Part shown: piece after piece, positions 18,643 to 27,505 of the stretch | Layout: each line of letters opens with the position of its first letter | How positions within the stretch are numbered: the first letter of the stretch is position 1 | IMG/VR virus record: IMGVR_UViG_3300037419_002279 | Location: 9,183-73,182 of that record | Direction: 5' to 3' (one strand) | DNA: 64,000 nucleotides | Source of the DNA: a virus | Lineage: Duplodnaviria; Caudoviricetes | The notes under the pieces: model-generated | What the model saw: only the letters and a program-made list of their open reading frames with translations | Database searches by the model: none | What the model was told of the DNA's origin: nothing | Translations under genes and position numbers: made by a program

Positions 18643-20273
18643 TAGCCTTGTCCCTCGAAGCGCTGCGTGGCCGCGGCAAAGGCGGCGTCGGCGCGATCGA
18701 ACAGCGCCGGGGTATCGCGCCGCAGCCGCAGCATGGTGCGGCGGACATCCGCATCGGACACGATCGCTTCGAAGCCCGCGCGATCGGCCGCGGCATCGAC
18801 CCGGGCGATGATGTCATCGACCCAGGTTCCGTCGGCCGTCGGTTCGGCCGGGCGACCGCGGATGACATCGGCGATCCAGGCGGGCGGATCAGCAATTCCT
18901 TTGGCTTGGGCGGCATCAAGGACGACACGGGCAGCCGTCAGCCGGTGCGAGGGCGCGCAGGTTTCGATGCGCGGGCGCTGCGCGGCGGCCCAGGCAGCGA
19001 AGTGTTCGGCTGCGACATCCGCCGCCGCCGCCTTGAGTGCCCTGACGTAGCCGGGCCATGACATCTTTCCCCGATCGACCGGTGGCTCGACGATTGCGAA
19101 GTCTGGTGAGACATTTTGTCGAACATCCCCCCGTTCATCGATACTGGCAAGTACCGCCGCCGCCTCGCTGTCCCTTTGAGCATCGGCAATAGCATCAGCA
19201 TTATGTTCGGCCAGCGCCGCGCGGCCCTGCGCATCAGCGGGATCAAACTCGATCACGTACGCCTGAGCCCATTCGCGCGCATCGGCATATTCGTCGCCGA
19301 TGATGTCACCGGCCGCGTCGATCAGCGGATGCGGGAATGTTGCGGCCGCCGTCGGGGCCGGCGGCTGCACCGGGGGCTGCGCCGGGGGCTGCGTCTGGGC
19401 CGGGGGCTGCGCCGGTGCAACGGCGCCCATGCGCGCCCGCGCCCGATCGAACGCGACCTGGATCTCATAAGCCGCCTCGTCTGGTGCCGTCCGCCGCATT
19501 TCGCGCACCCGCGGCAGGTCTTCGAGCGCCTTCAGTGCCCGGGCCGACGGTGCGGACGTCGTCGCCTTGGTCAGCAGCTTCATGGCCTTCCAGGCGTTTT
19601 CCTCGGCCGCAAGCTGCTGGTCGATGCCGGTCAGCCAGGCCTGTCCCCAATCTTCCTCGGGCGGCCCGTCCGGCGGCGGCGGGGCGGCTTCCCAGCGGGC
19701 ATGGGCAATCCCCATGTTGCCGTCATCATCCTCGTCCTGGGCGACGATATTGAACGCCGCGCAGAACAGGTTGCGCTTCAGGTAGGACGTCGTGCTGATC
19801 ATCCCGTGCAGCGCGGTCTTATTGATCTTGCCGCCCGATCCGGTGTTGTCCGGCGGACCCGACAGCGGGCCGATTTCTTCGCGATGCCCGTCCTGATGGC
19901 TGACGACGCAGACCAGCGATATCCAACCCGGTTCCGGCGGCGGCACCGGCTGGAAGGACACACTGAAGCCGTGCTTGCTGATGATCGGCATGGCAACCGC
20001 GCAGATCGTCTCGTATCGCGCGTAACGGGATCGGGTCTGGGTGTTCGCCGCATCGCGGCGGATCGGCGGGATTTCCCGCTGCGCGGCCGCCATTGCCCGG
20101 CCGTAGGCAAGTTTCGCTTCATCGGCGAGGATTTCCCGCTGCATCCGCAGCAGGGCTTCGAATTTGCCGATATCGACCTGCGGGTCGCGTGCGGCGACGG
20201 ACAGGAAATTCAGCAACGACGGCAATGTCGCCATCGCGCTGTGCGCCGGAACCGGCGGGGTAATTTCGTTCAT
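18642..20273 (-). CDS. erf: ERF-family ssDNA annealing protein with long C-terminal extension
   Basis: AMAAAQREIPPIRRDAAN..RSRYARYETI...KHGFS...TSYLKRN. Confidence 0.8.
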   Translation of the reverse strand: MNEITPPVPAHSAMATLPSLLNFLSVAARDPQVDIGKFEALLRMQREILADEAKLAYGRAMAAAQREIPPIRRDAANTQTRSRYARYETICAVAMPIISKHGFSVSFQPVPPPEPGWISLVCVVSHQDGHREEIGPLSGPPDNTGSGGKINKTALHGMISTTSYLKRNLFCAAFNIVAQDEDDDGNMGIAHARWEAAPPPPDGPPEEDWGQAWLTGIDQQLAAEENAWKAMKLLTKATTSAPSARALKALEDLPRVREMRRTAPDEAAYEIQVAFDRARARMGAVAPAQPPAQTQPPAQPPVQPPAPTAAATFPHPLIDAAGDIIGDEYADAREWAQAYVIEFDPADAQGRAALAEHNADAIADAQRDSEAAAVLASIDERGDVRQNVSPDFAIVEPPVDRGKMSWPGYVRALKAAAADVAAEHFAAWAAAQRPRIETCAPSHRLTAARVVLDAAQAKGIADPPAWIADVIRGRPAEPTADGTWVDDIIARVDAAADRAGFEAIVSDADVRRTMLRLRRDTPALFDRADAAFAAATQRFEGQG

Positions 20274-21049
20274 CAGCCGCGGACCCCCATGACGACGTCG
20301 CATTCCCATCGGATCCCCGGGATCACCGCGAGCGGCCGCCCGGTCGCATCGCGCTCGCGCGCCGCCTCGCCGATTGCCGCGGGATTGGCCATCAGGAATT
20401 CACGCGGGATCAGGCTTTCGTCTTCGATCACCCAGCGCCAGGTGCGCCGGGCCGAGACGGCCGAGCCATAATCACCGCGGACCCGCGTCATGTCGGCAAC
20501 CGAGGCCTGCGCGGCCGCCGTCGCCTGTGCCGCCTTCGTCGCCGCTGTTTCGGCGAGGTCCATAGCGGTGCCGGCCCGCTTGCCGGCGGCGATCTTTTCC
20601 GCCGCCTGCGCGGCCAGCCGATCGGCCTCGGCCTGCGCCGCGGCCGCGGCCGCGCGCCGTTCGGCTTCGGCCTTGTCCAGCTTGCGGCGGGCATAGTCAT
20701 TCATCCGCGCCTGCACCGGGCGGATCGCATCCGCGAGCGGTTCGACGAAAACCTTGAACCAGCTATCGACGGTGCGGCCGCCGGCGAGGAACGGCTCCTT
20801 CGCCCGCTTCCGACGTTCCTCGACCGCGGTGTTCAGCTTCTTCGCGAGCGCGATATTTTCGCTGACCTCGCCGAGCACCTCGTCATCGTCGATCTGCGGA
20901 TAGGCGGCGGCCGATGCAGCCAGGGCGGCGATCAGATCGTCGCGCCGGGCGCGCATGCGTTCGGTATCGAATTCCAGATATTCCCGGATCTGCGCATCCG
21001 ATAGCGGCGCCGGCGGCTTAGGCCGGTTGGGGATTGTCATATCGTTCAT
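20273..21049 (-). CDS. Coiled-coil phage protein typically found beside recombinases
   Basis: VEERRKRAKEPFLAGGRTVD and RRTWRWVIEDESLIPREFL. Confidence 0.6.
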   Translation of the reverse strand: MNDMTIPNRPKPPAPLSDAQIREYLEFDTERMRARRDDLIAALAASAAAYPQIDDDEVLGEVSENIALAKKLNTAVEERRKRAKEPFLAGGRTVDSWFKVFVEPLADAIRPVQARMNDYARRKLDKAEAERRAAAAAAQAEADRLAAQAAEKIAAGKRAGTAMDLAETAATKAAQATAAAQASVADMTRVRGDYGSAVSARRTWRWVIEDESLIPREFLMANPAAIGEAARERDATGRPLAVIPGIRWECDVVMGVRG

Positions 21050-21420
21050 GTGTTCGGTGTCCTGATTTTTGGTTGGATAGGCTTCAGCTTCGCGCGGTCG
21101 ATCGGCGTGTAGGGATCGGCCGCGGGGTGCCCCGGATCATGCGCGCGCGCGTGCGCCGCCTGATCGATCAGGCGTTGATAGGTCGCCTGATCGATACGCT
21201 CGCCGTAATGCCAGATATCCGACACCATGCGGGCGTAGGCCGGGTTCCAGTTGGGATGATGAAGCTTGCCGTCGACCTCGGCCTGCCATAGCCCGTCTTC
21301 GGTCTTCCCGATGCGGGCGCCAACGGGCCAACCGCCTTTGACCAGCCGTAGCCGGAAGTATCCCGGTTCGGGCGGCCAGACGCGACGGGCCTGATCATCG
21401 GCAGAATTACGGAACGGCAT
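21046..21420 (-). CDS. Hypothetical protein, first gene of leftward early operon
   Basis: 124 aa ORF. Confidence 0.6.
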   Translation of the reverse strand: MPFRNSADDQARRVWPPEPGYFRLRLVKGGWPVGARIGKTEDGLWQAEVDGKLHHPNWNPAYARMVSDIWHYGERIDQATYQRLIDQAAHARAHDPGHPAADPYTPIDRAKLKPIQPKIRTPNT

Positions 21421-21453
21421 GCGACAGCACCCGCTGTTCGTTGCACCGTCCGC

Positions 21454-21482
21454 ATTATGTGCCCGCTACGCACAGATCGCAA
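21454..21482 (-). promoter_or_regulatory. Leftward sigma-70-type promoter (PL-like) containing a TCTGTGCG half-site
   Basis: TTGCGA-N17-CATAAT on the minus strand. Confidence 0.6.
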
Positions 21483-21529
21483 GCGGTTCGTCGCGCGGAT
21501 CTGCCCGCTATGCACACATTTCGCTGTGT

Positions 21530-22186
21530 TCAGCGATCCGCTAGGACGGCCGGCAAGTGCTTGCGCACATACTCGATCGGCGAGGCCGCGATGACTGACT
21601 GATCCGCCAGTAAACCGCCGTCATAGCCGACGAGTGTGCAGAGTCCGTTCGGCTGTACTGACAGCACGCGCAGCAGCACCGTGCCGTCGGCGATTTCGGC
21701 GACGCATTCGAGGCCGTGCAGGTCGCGCAGGCGGAAGCGGTCCGGCCTGACGCTGCGATGGAACACAATATCCCCGGCGCGGTAGGCGGGGCGTAAGCTG
21801 TCATCGGTGACCGCGGTCGCGACCAGATCGCCGGCGTCCTCGGGGGAAATGTTGAGTGCAACAGTATCAGGTGCTGTCAAGATAGCTGCGACTTTTCCGC
21901 CCTGGCCGATGCGTGAGACGATCGGGATTTGCGCATACGCGGTGACTTCGGCGCCATAAAGCAGGGTACCGGGTTTGAGATCAAGCATGCGCTCGTAATC
22001 GCGTGCTGCTTCCCACTGAAATTCGCGGGTGCCGTTTTCATGGTGTTGGTAGGTGGCGATTTTGATGCCGGCCGTTTGCGCAAAGGCGGCGGCGGATTTG
22101 TAGCCGGCGGCGATTCGGGCTTCGCGTAGCCGTTCGGCCGCGGTCATTTCGTCAGTCGCTAATTTGAGCATTATTTTCCGTGCCAC
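21530..22186 (-). CDS. CI-like repressor: XRE HTH + S24-like domain
   Basis: ERLREARIAAGYKSAAAFA...YQHHENGTR; V.DDSLRPAY.AGDIVF; divergent from the Cro-like gene. Confidence 0.8.
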   Translation of the reverse strand: MARKIMLKLATDEMTAAERLREARIAAGYKSAAAFAQTAGIKIATYQHHENGTREFQWEAARDYERMLDLKPGTLLYGAEVTAYAQIPIVSRIGQGGKVAAILTAPDTVALNISPEDAGDLVATAVTDDSLRPAYRAGDIVFHRSVRPDRFRLRDLHGLECVAEIADGTVLLRVLSVQPNGLCTLVGYDGGLLADQSVIAASPIEYVRKHLPAVLADR

Positions 22187-22196
22187 GTTCGGTGTC

Positions 22197-22215
22197 TCTG
22201 TGCAGGCCGCACAGA
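22197..22215. promoter_or_regulatory. Putative repressor operator TCTGTGC-N5-GCACAGA
   Basis: Perfect inverted repeat between the CI-like and Cro-like genes, next to TTGACA at 22220. Confidence 0.6.
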
Positions 22216-22256
22216 TCGATTGACATAGGCTGTGCGCTGCGTATTGATTTCTCGGC

Positions 22257-22625
22257 ATGGGAGCCCGAGAGGATAAATGGCCGGCCGACGCAAGCTACCG
22301 ACCGATCCTGGCGCGCTGGCCGTCGGTCTCAGCACTCGCGCACGACCTCGGGCTGCCGATCGACACCGTCTATAGCTGGCGCCGCCGCGATAGTTTGCCG
22401 CAAGGCAAATGGGGTGCGATCTGGGAAGCGGCGCGCGTGCGCGGCTACCGCGACGTAACCTATCGCCGTCTGCGTGCCATCGCCGCTGAACGTGCCCGTA
22501 TTTCAGCCGACCTCTCCGACAATGACGGCGTGTTACCACAGCCCGAGTGTGTTCAAAGTGCACAGATTCGAGGGGTCCGGCAACCGAAAACCATAACGCG
22601 ATCGGAAGCAGAGCCATGCCCCTAG
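22257..22625 (+). CDS. Cro-like HTH protein
   Basis: WPSVSALAHDLGLPIDTVYSWRRRDSLP. Confidence 0.7.
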   Translation: MGAREDKWPADASYRPILARWPSVSALAHDLGLPIDTVYSWRRRDSLPQGKWGAIWEAARVRGYRDVTYRRLRAIAAERARISADLSDNDGVLPQPECVQSAQIRGVRQPKTITRSEAEPCP

Positions 22626-23245
22626 ATGCGTCAGTCACCGAGCCGGTCCTGTCGAACGACGCCGCCGCCGATTGGCTGCGTCAGTGGCGCACCGCGGACC
22701 GCGTATGCAAGGAGGCCCAAGCCGCGCGCAGCGCGATCAGCAAACGCGCGAAGGCCGACGGCGTCGACGTCAAGGCACTGAGTATCGTCGTCGGCTACAC
22801 CAAGCTCGAACCCGATCAGGTGGCACAGCACCTGCGCGAGGTGGTCCGCTACGCCAACATCCTGCGGATCCCGGTCACCCAGGACGACCTGTTCGCCGGA
22901 TGGTCGCCGGACGTGACCGAGAAGACACGCGCCGAGGACGATCTGTGGGACGCGCAGGATCGCGGCTACAAAGACGGCCGCCACGGCCGCCCGCTTGACG
23001 AATGCCCGTACCAGCCGGGGACTGAACTGCACGTCGCCTACCGCGAATTCTGGCATAAGGGGCAGGCGTCGATCGCGCGCGAATTGGGCGACGGTGTGAC
23101 CCAGGCCAGCACCGCGCGCAAGCGGCCGTCGCGGGCGAAGCAGATGCGGATCCCGGGGACCGAGACGCAGGACCGGCCGCGCAAGCGGGGACGTCCGCGC
23201 AAAGACCGCAGCAACGGGGCCGACGCGCCATCGCCGATCCAGTAA
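22616..23245 (+). CDS. GapR/DUF2312-like domain fused to RMF/CrpP-like motif
   Basis: KRAKADGVDVKALSIVV; GYKDGRHGRPLDECPY...YREFWHKGQ. Confidence 0.6.
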   Translation: MPLDASVTEPVLSNDAAADWLRQWRTADRVCKEAQAARSAISKRAKADGVDVKALSIVVGYTKLEPDQVAQHLREVVRYANILRIPVTQDDLFAGWSPDVTEKTRAEDDLWDAQDRGYKDGRHGRPLDECPYQPGTELHVAYREFWHKGQASIARELGDGVTQASTARKRPSRAKQMRIPGTETQDRPRKRGRPRKDRSNGADAPSPIQ

Positions 23246-23251
23246 CCGGCC

Positions 23252-23809
23252 GTGGCAGCGCCGGGCGGCATCTTGGCCCTGGATCTGGCCGGCGACACCG
23301 GCTGGGCCTACGGCCACGTCCATGACCGGACGCCTGACTGCGGGGTGATCCGGCTGCCCCGGCCGGCCGAGTATGGCGAACGGGTCGCGGCGATTCAGAA
23401 CGAGCTCGAGCGGCTGTGCGAGGATCTTCAGCCGCAGAAGGTCATCATCGAAGCGGCGCTGCCGCTGGCAGCCCTCGCCGGGCATACGACCTTCGACACC
23501 GTCCGCCAGCAGTTCGCCTTCAACGGTGCCGCCCACGCCGCCGCCTGGCGCGTCTATGCGGCGCGCGAGGAAATCTCGGCCGACGTCGTCCGCACCGAAT
23601 TGCTCGGCCGCTGCCGGCTGACCAAGCGCGAGCAGGACGCTGGGCGGACGATGAAGGACCTGGTCACCGATTACTGCCGCCAGCGCGGCTGGAAGCCGCC
23701 GGACCATAACGCCGCCGACGCGCTGATGATCTGGGCCTGGCACGTCGGGCGGCTGCGCGGCACCCGCCCGGTGTCCGGGCCGCTGTTTCAGGAAAGGGCA
23801 CTGCAATGA
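23252..23809 (+). CDS. RuvC-like/RNase H-fold Holliday junction resolvase
   Basis: ILALDLAGDTGWA, VIIEA, DHNAADA. Confidence 0.7.
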   Translation: MAAPGGILALDLAGDTGWAYGHVHDRTPDCGVIRLPRPAEYGERVAAIQNELERLCEDLQPQKVIIEAALPLAALAGHTTFDTVRQQFAFNGAAHAAAWRVYAAREEISADVVRTELLGRCRLTKREQDAGRTMKDLVTDYCRQRGWKPPDHNAADALMIWAWHVGRLRGTRPVSGPLFQERALQ

Positions 23810-24984
23810 ACGGACAGGTCGATATCCGCCCTGAGGTCGAAACCGTCTGGGTCCGGACCGACGACCTGTCGCGGCATGCGGAATCGCAGATCAGGGCGAA
23901 GGCTGATCCGCAGCTTGTCGCCGAATACGCCGAGGCGATGCTCGAAGGGGCGGAATTCCCGCCGGTCATCATCTTCCAGGATACCGACGGATACCGGCAC
24001 CTTGCCGACGGTCATCATCGGGTCGATGCAGCGGCGCTGGCTGCACTGAAGGACACGCGTCGATCGGCCGAAGTGTTGGCCGAAATCCGCCCCGGCACAC
24101 TGGATGATGCATTGCGGTACGCGATGCGGGCGAACGTGCAGCACGGCAAGCGGATGTCCGATGCGGACTATGCGCGCGCGATCGGGATCGCCCTCGACCG
24201 CGACATGATTCAGGCAACCAACGCGAAGGACGTGGTGCCCGAGCTTGTCGCGTTGATCGGATGCAGTATCCGCCGTGCGCAGGAATGTTCGGCGGACTAC
24301 CGCAAGGCGCTGATTCTCAAGCGCGACCGACTCATCATCGAGATGCACGCGAAGGGGCGGACGCAGGAAGCGATCAGCGCAAAACTGGGCGTTGGACAAG
24401 CAACTGTCGTCCGCGTTCTAGAGCGAATTATTCAAAAGCGCGACGACGCGGAAACGAATGATCTACCGCAACGGACCTTGCCGCCAAGTCCCTTCCCTGA
24501 AGACGACGAGGCTGGCGAAGCAACAGCGGATGCAAAGGCTGCGGAAGCTGACCAGGAAGAGACCGTTGACGAAGCCGATCAGCAGGAAACCGCTGACGAT
24601 ACCGACGAAGAAACCGTCGCCGCGGCGCCGGCCGCAGCGTCCTACAAGATCGACGTCTCGCCCTACCTGCCGCTGCTGGCGCCGCTGGCCCCGATCGACG
24701 AAGGCGGCGACGATCTAGAAAGCGGCGACGTCGCCGCCCTGCCCGACATCAGCCCGGCTGACGCGGTCAAGGAATCCAAATCCGCGGTCCGCGCGCTTGG
24801 AAGGGTCGAGCGCGAGATCGACAAGATGTTCAAGGCGCTCGACGGCAAGCTGGACGACCTGACCGAACCTTACACGGAAGGCAGCGCCGCAGCGGCGATC
24901 GAAGCGATCGACCGGGCCTTCGACTACCTCGGCGCCCTGCGCAGCTACATCGAAGAGGGGGCCGCCGATGCAAACCCTGCTTAG
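23806..24984 (+). CDS. ParB/Srx-like N-terminal domain + HTH + acidic tail
   Basis: FPPVIIF...LADGHHRVDAA; QEAISAKLGVGQATVVRVL. Confidence 0.7.
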   Translation: MNGQVDIRPEVETVWVRTDDLSRHAESQIRAKADPQLVAEYAEAMLEGAEFPPVIIFQDTDGYRHLADGHHRVDAAALAALKDTRRSAEVLAEIRPGTLDDALRYAMRANVQHGKRMSDADYARAIGIALDRDMIQATNAKDVVPELVALIGCSIRRAQECSADYRKALILKRDRLIIEMHAKGRTQEAISAKLGVGQATVVRVLERIIQKRDDAETNDLPQRTLPPSPFPEDDEAGEATADAKAAEADQEETVDEADQQETADDTDEETVAAAPAAASYKIDVSPYLPLLAPLAPIDEGGDDLESGDVAALPDISPADAVKESKSAVRALGRVEREIDKMFKALDGKLDDLTEPYTEGSAAAAIEAIDRAFDYLGALRSYIEEGAADANPA

Positions 24985-25414
24985 GCCGTATCGCGAAATC
25001 CTGCGGCCACTTCTCGGCGGTGCGACGACCGTCACCGACACCTTCCGTCACAACGCTATCAAGGCGACGCTCGACGTCCTGGGGATAGACAAGAAAGTCG
25101 ATGGCGAAGACAGCCTTCGGTACATCGTCGGCCAAAGCGCCGCCCGGCTGCTGGTCAACCAGCAGGCGCCGATGTGCCTGCCGCGGATTAAAAAGGATGG
25201 GCTTCCGCAAAGCCAATTGACGCTGCTGAACGAAACCTTCGAGTTCGGCGGCGAGCAGGTCCGCCTGGGCTTCCTGACGCCGAATCAGGCCGAACAGGCG
25301 GCGCTTGAGACGCTGATCGGGCAGCGCAATGCGCTGAATAGCCGCATTAAGGAAATCCGCACTCTGATCCGGCGCTGCCGCCGCCGAGACATCCCGATCA
25401 TCGACCAGCTTTAA
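24968..25414 (+). CDS. Hypothetical protein
   Basis: 148 aa coupled ORF. Confidence 0.6.
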   Translation: MQTLLRPYREILRPLLGGATTVTDTFRHNAIKATLDVLGIDKKVDGEDSLRYIVGQSAARLLVNQQAPMCLPRIKKDGLPQSQLTLLNETFEFGGEQVRLGFLTPNQAEQAALETLIGQRNALNSRIKEIRTLIRRCRRRDIPIIDQL

Positions 25415-25424
25415 GGGCCGCGAC

Positions 25425-25709
25425 ATGACCGCCCGGGACGCTGTCTACATGATCGATCGGGGGCGAGTGAGCAGTCGCCGTCGCATTGAGGAATGCCGCA
25501 ATCTCGGTTTGGCAGGTTACGACGACGGTCCACCGGACGCGCTGCTGGACGCGGTTATGATCGCGATGTTTACCGGGCTCTCAAGCGGCAGTTGGGTCTG
25601 TGTGGCCGAAGCCTACGTCATGGCCGCCAACCTGTATCGGATGATGACAGGCCGGGAGTCTGACTTCGACAGGCACGTCCAAGAGGGAGGGCCGGACCAG
25701 GAATGGTAG
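25425..25709 (+). CDS. Hypothetical protein
   Basis: 94 aa ORF. Confidence 0.45.
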   Translation: MTARDAVYMIDRGRVSSRRRIEECRNLGLAGYDDGPPDALLDAVMIAMFTGLSSGSWVCVAEAYVMAANLYRMMTGRESDFDRHVQEGGPDQEW

Positions 25710-25711
25710 GT

Positions 25712-26254
25712 CTAACCGCCCCGCACCCGCGCCCGCTTCTCGGCAAGCTTCCGCCGCGCGACCTCGCGGCCCGCCTCGTCCATCGGCTGTGCCGGCGTGC
25801 CGTCGAGATTGTAGCGCACGTCACCGGCGATCAGCGCTTCGAGGTAGCTTTCCATCCCGACCCAGTGGTTCATGAAGGTGCTGACGCTGTTGTTCGACAG
25901 CCAGAACCGCTGGCGGATGACGTTGTGGATGCCGATCGCCAGCGGCTTCGGCCGGTGGATGTTGAAGAGATCCGGATAGAGCCGGGGCAGCCGGTCGCGG
26001 CAGAACCGGACGCCGGCCTTGTAGCGGCGGCTGGCCGCCTCGTTTTCCGCGGCATTGGCCGCCTTCTGTGCGGCGACCTCGGGATCGATCTGCTTGGGTT
26101 TCGGCGCCGGCGCGGGCTTCGCCGCGGCGGGGGCCGGCGGCGTGGGCTTGGCTGCTTGCGGCTTCGGCTGCTTCGCCGCCGGCGGCGCAATCCGGGCCTT
26201 GATCCGATCGGCCTGTTCGGGGCGCAAGCGCAGCGTCGTGCTCATGCCGGGCAT
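25712..26254 (-). CDS. ProQ/FinO-family RNA chaperone
   Basis: YPDLF...PKPLAIGIH...YLEALIAGDVRYNLDGTP. Confidence 0.85.
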   Translation of the reverse strand: MPGMSTTLRLRPEQADRIKARIAPPAAKQPKPQAAKPTPPAPAAAKPAPAPKPKQIDPEVAAQKAANAAENEAASRRYKAGVRFCRDRLPRLYPDLFNIHRPKPLAIGIHNVIRQRFWLSNNSVSTFMNHWVGMESYLEALIAGDVRYNLDGTPAQPMDEAGREVARRKLAEKRARVRGG

Positions 26255-26710
26255 TTAGCAAGCCGCCCGGTAGATGCAAAGCCGGTCGGACGCAGTTCGA
26301 CAAATTATCCGACAAGTTCGACAAAAAGTCTGACCTTTCAACGGATCAGACCAGGAAGGAAGCCAGCTATGCCGGTTCCATTGCGCGCTCGATTCGCCGC
26401 GTCGATTCGTAGAGCATTGTCTTTGCTGCAAATAAAACCCGCAGGCGAACACGTGAAGGGTCTGCAACCCGTTGCCTACGTCGCAAATCTGGGGCATGGT
26501 CCGTACAAGCAAACGCCCCGTGAGTCAGACGGGGCGGTGCTTAGTCAGACTTAGCAACAACTAGAGGCGCTGTACGGGCGCATCTAGGGGGCACATAGGC
26601 TCGCCCTCTATATCGCACGCCGCGCGCCTCGCTGCAATAGGCACTAGTGCGATGATTCCTAATAGTTTTGTGACGCTGGTTCTGTGCATTCCGGGCATGG
26701 GGGTGCAACG

Positions 26711-27505
26711 ATGAACGCTGACGCGGCCGACGACGCTCCGGCCGGGGCGGCAAGCCTGATCGCAGGCTATGTCGCCGATTCGTATGAGGTACTTGCACAG
26801 ATCGACATCGCCCAGCGCCGGCTTGCCGACATCAAAGACCGGCTGCCGGACGCGCTGCGGCCTGCTGCGGCAACGCTTACCGCGGAACAGCGGATCGCGC
26901 TGTTCGCCGAGTTCTACTGGCGGGCGACGGACCTAGCGAGCGAACCGGTGCTGCTCGGGCTCGGGTACACGTCGGTCGGCAGCGTCCTACCGGCGATCCC
27001 GCCAGGCCGGACCGGTGTGCCATGCCTAGGCTGCGGTGCGGACCTAAAGGCCCGCAGTCGGTCCCATAGGGCAGAAATTTGCAAAGCAGCGAATGAAGAG
27101 ACCGAGCAACGGGCGCGTAACCGTCATTGGCTCAACCGCGCCCTTTACTGCGACCGCTGCTATGACCGCGCCAACAAAGCGCGCGACCGGGCCTGGGATC
27201 AAGAACAGGTCGAGCGGCAGCGGGCGTGGCAGCAGCGGCAGCGAGCCCTTCGCGCGATGCCGTTTGCTGAGTACCTGCGAACACCGGAATGGCGCGAAAC
27301 GCGATCGGACGCCTTAGAGCGGGCGGGCTTCCGCTGTCAGCTATGCGCCGAAAAAGACCGATCGACGCTTGATGTCTATCACAACAGCTACGCCAGGATC
27401 GGTAACGAGGCGCCGGCCGACCTGATCGTGCTTTGCCGGCCGTGCTACGCGACAAACGGCCATGTTTTGCCGACGCCATCCGATCAGCAGGAGGCCCGGT
27501 CATGA
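26711..27505 (+). CDS. Protein with C-terminal degenerate HNH endonuclease domain
   Basis: YLRTPEW...CQLC...LDVYH.SY..IGNE..DLIVLCRPCY. Confidence 0.7.
   Translation: MNADAADDAPAGAASLIAGYVADSYEVLAQIDIAQRRLADIKDRLPDALRPAAATLTAEQRIALFAEFYWRATDLASEPVLLGLGYTSVGSVLPAIPPGRTGVPCLGCGADLKARSRSHRAEICKAANEETEQRARNRHWLNRALYCDRCYDRANKARDRAWDQEQVERQRAWQQRQRALRAMPFAEYLRTPEWRETRSDALERAGFRCQLCAEKDRSTLDVYHNSYARIGNEAPADLIVLCRPCYATNGHVLPTPSDQQEARS

Noticed and set aside
21420-22260. Alphaproteobacterial SOS box (GTTC-N7-GTTC) in the immunity region
   Set aside because: Not found by eye; GTTC pairs seen here and near 26295 have the wrong spacing
22631-23806. 391 aa minus-strand ORF (likewise 17347-18285, 19116-20471, 45381-46442 and others)
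   Set aside because: Antisense shadows of well-supported genes
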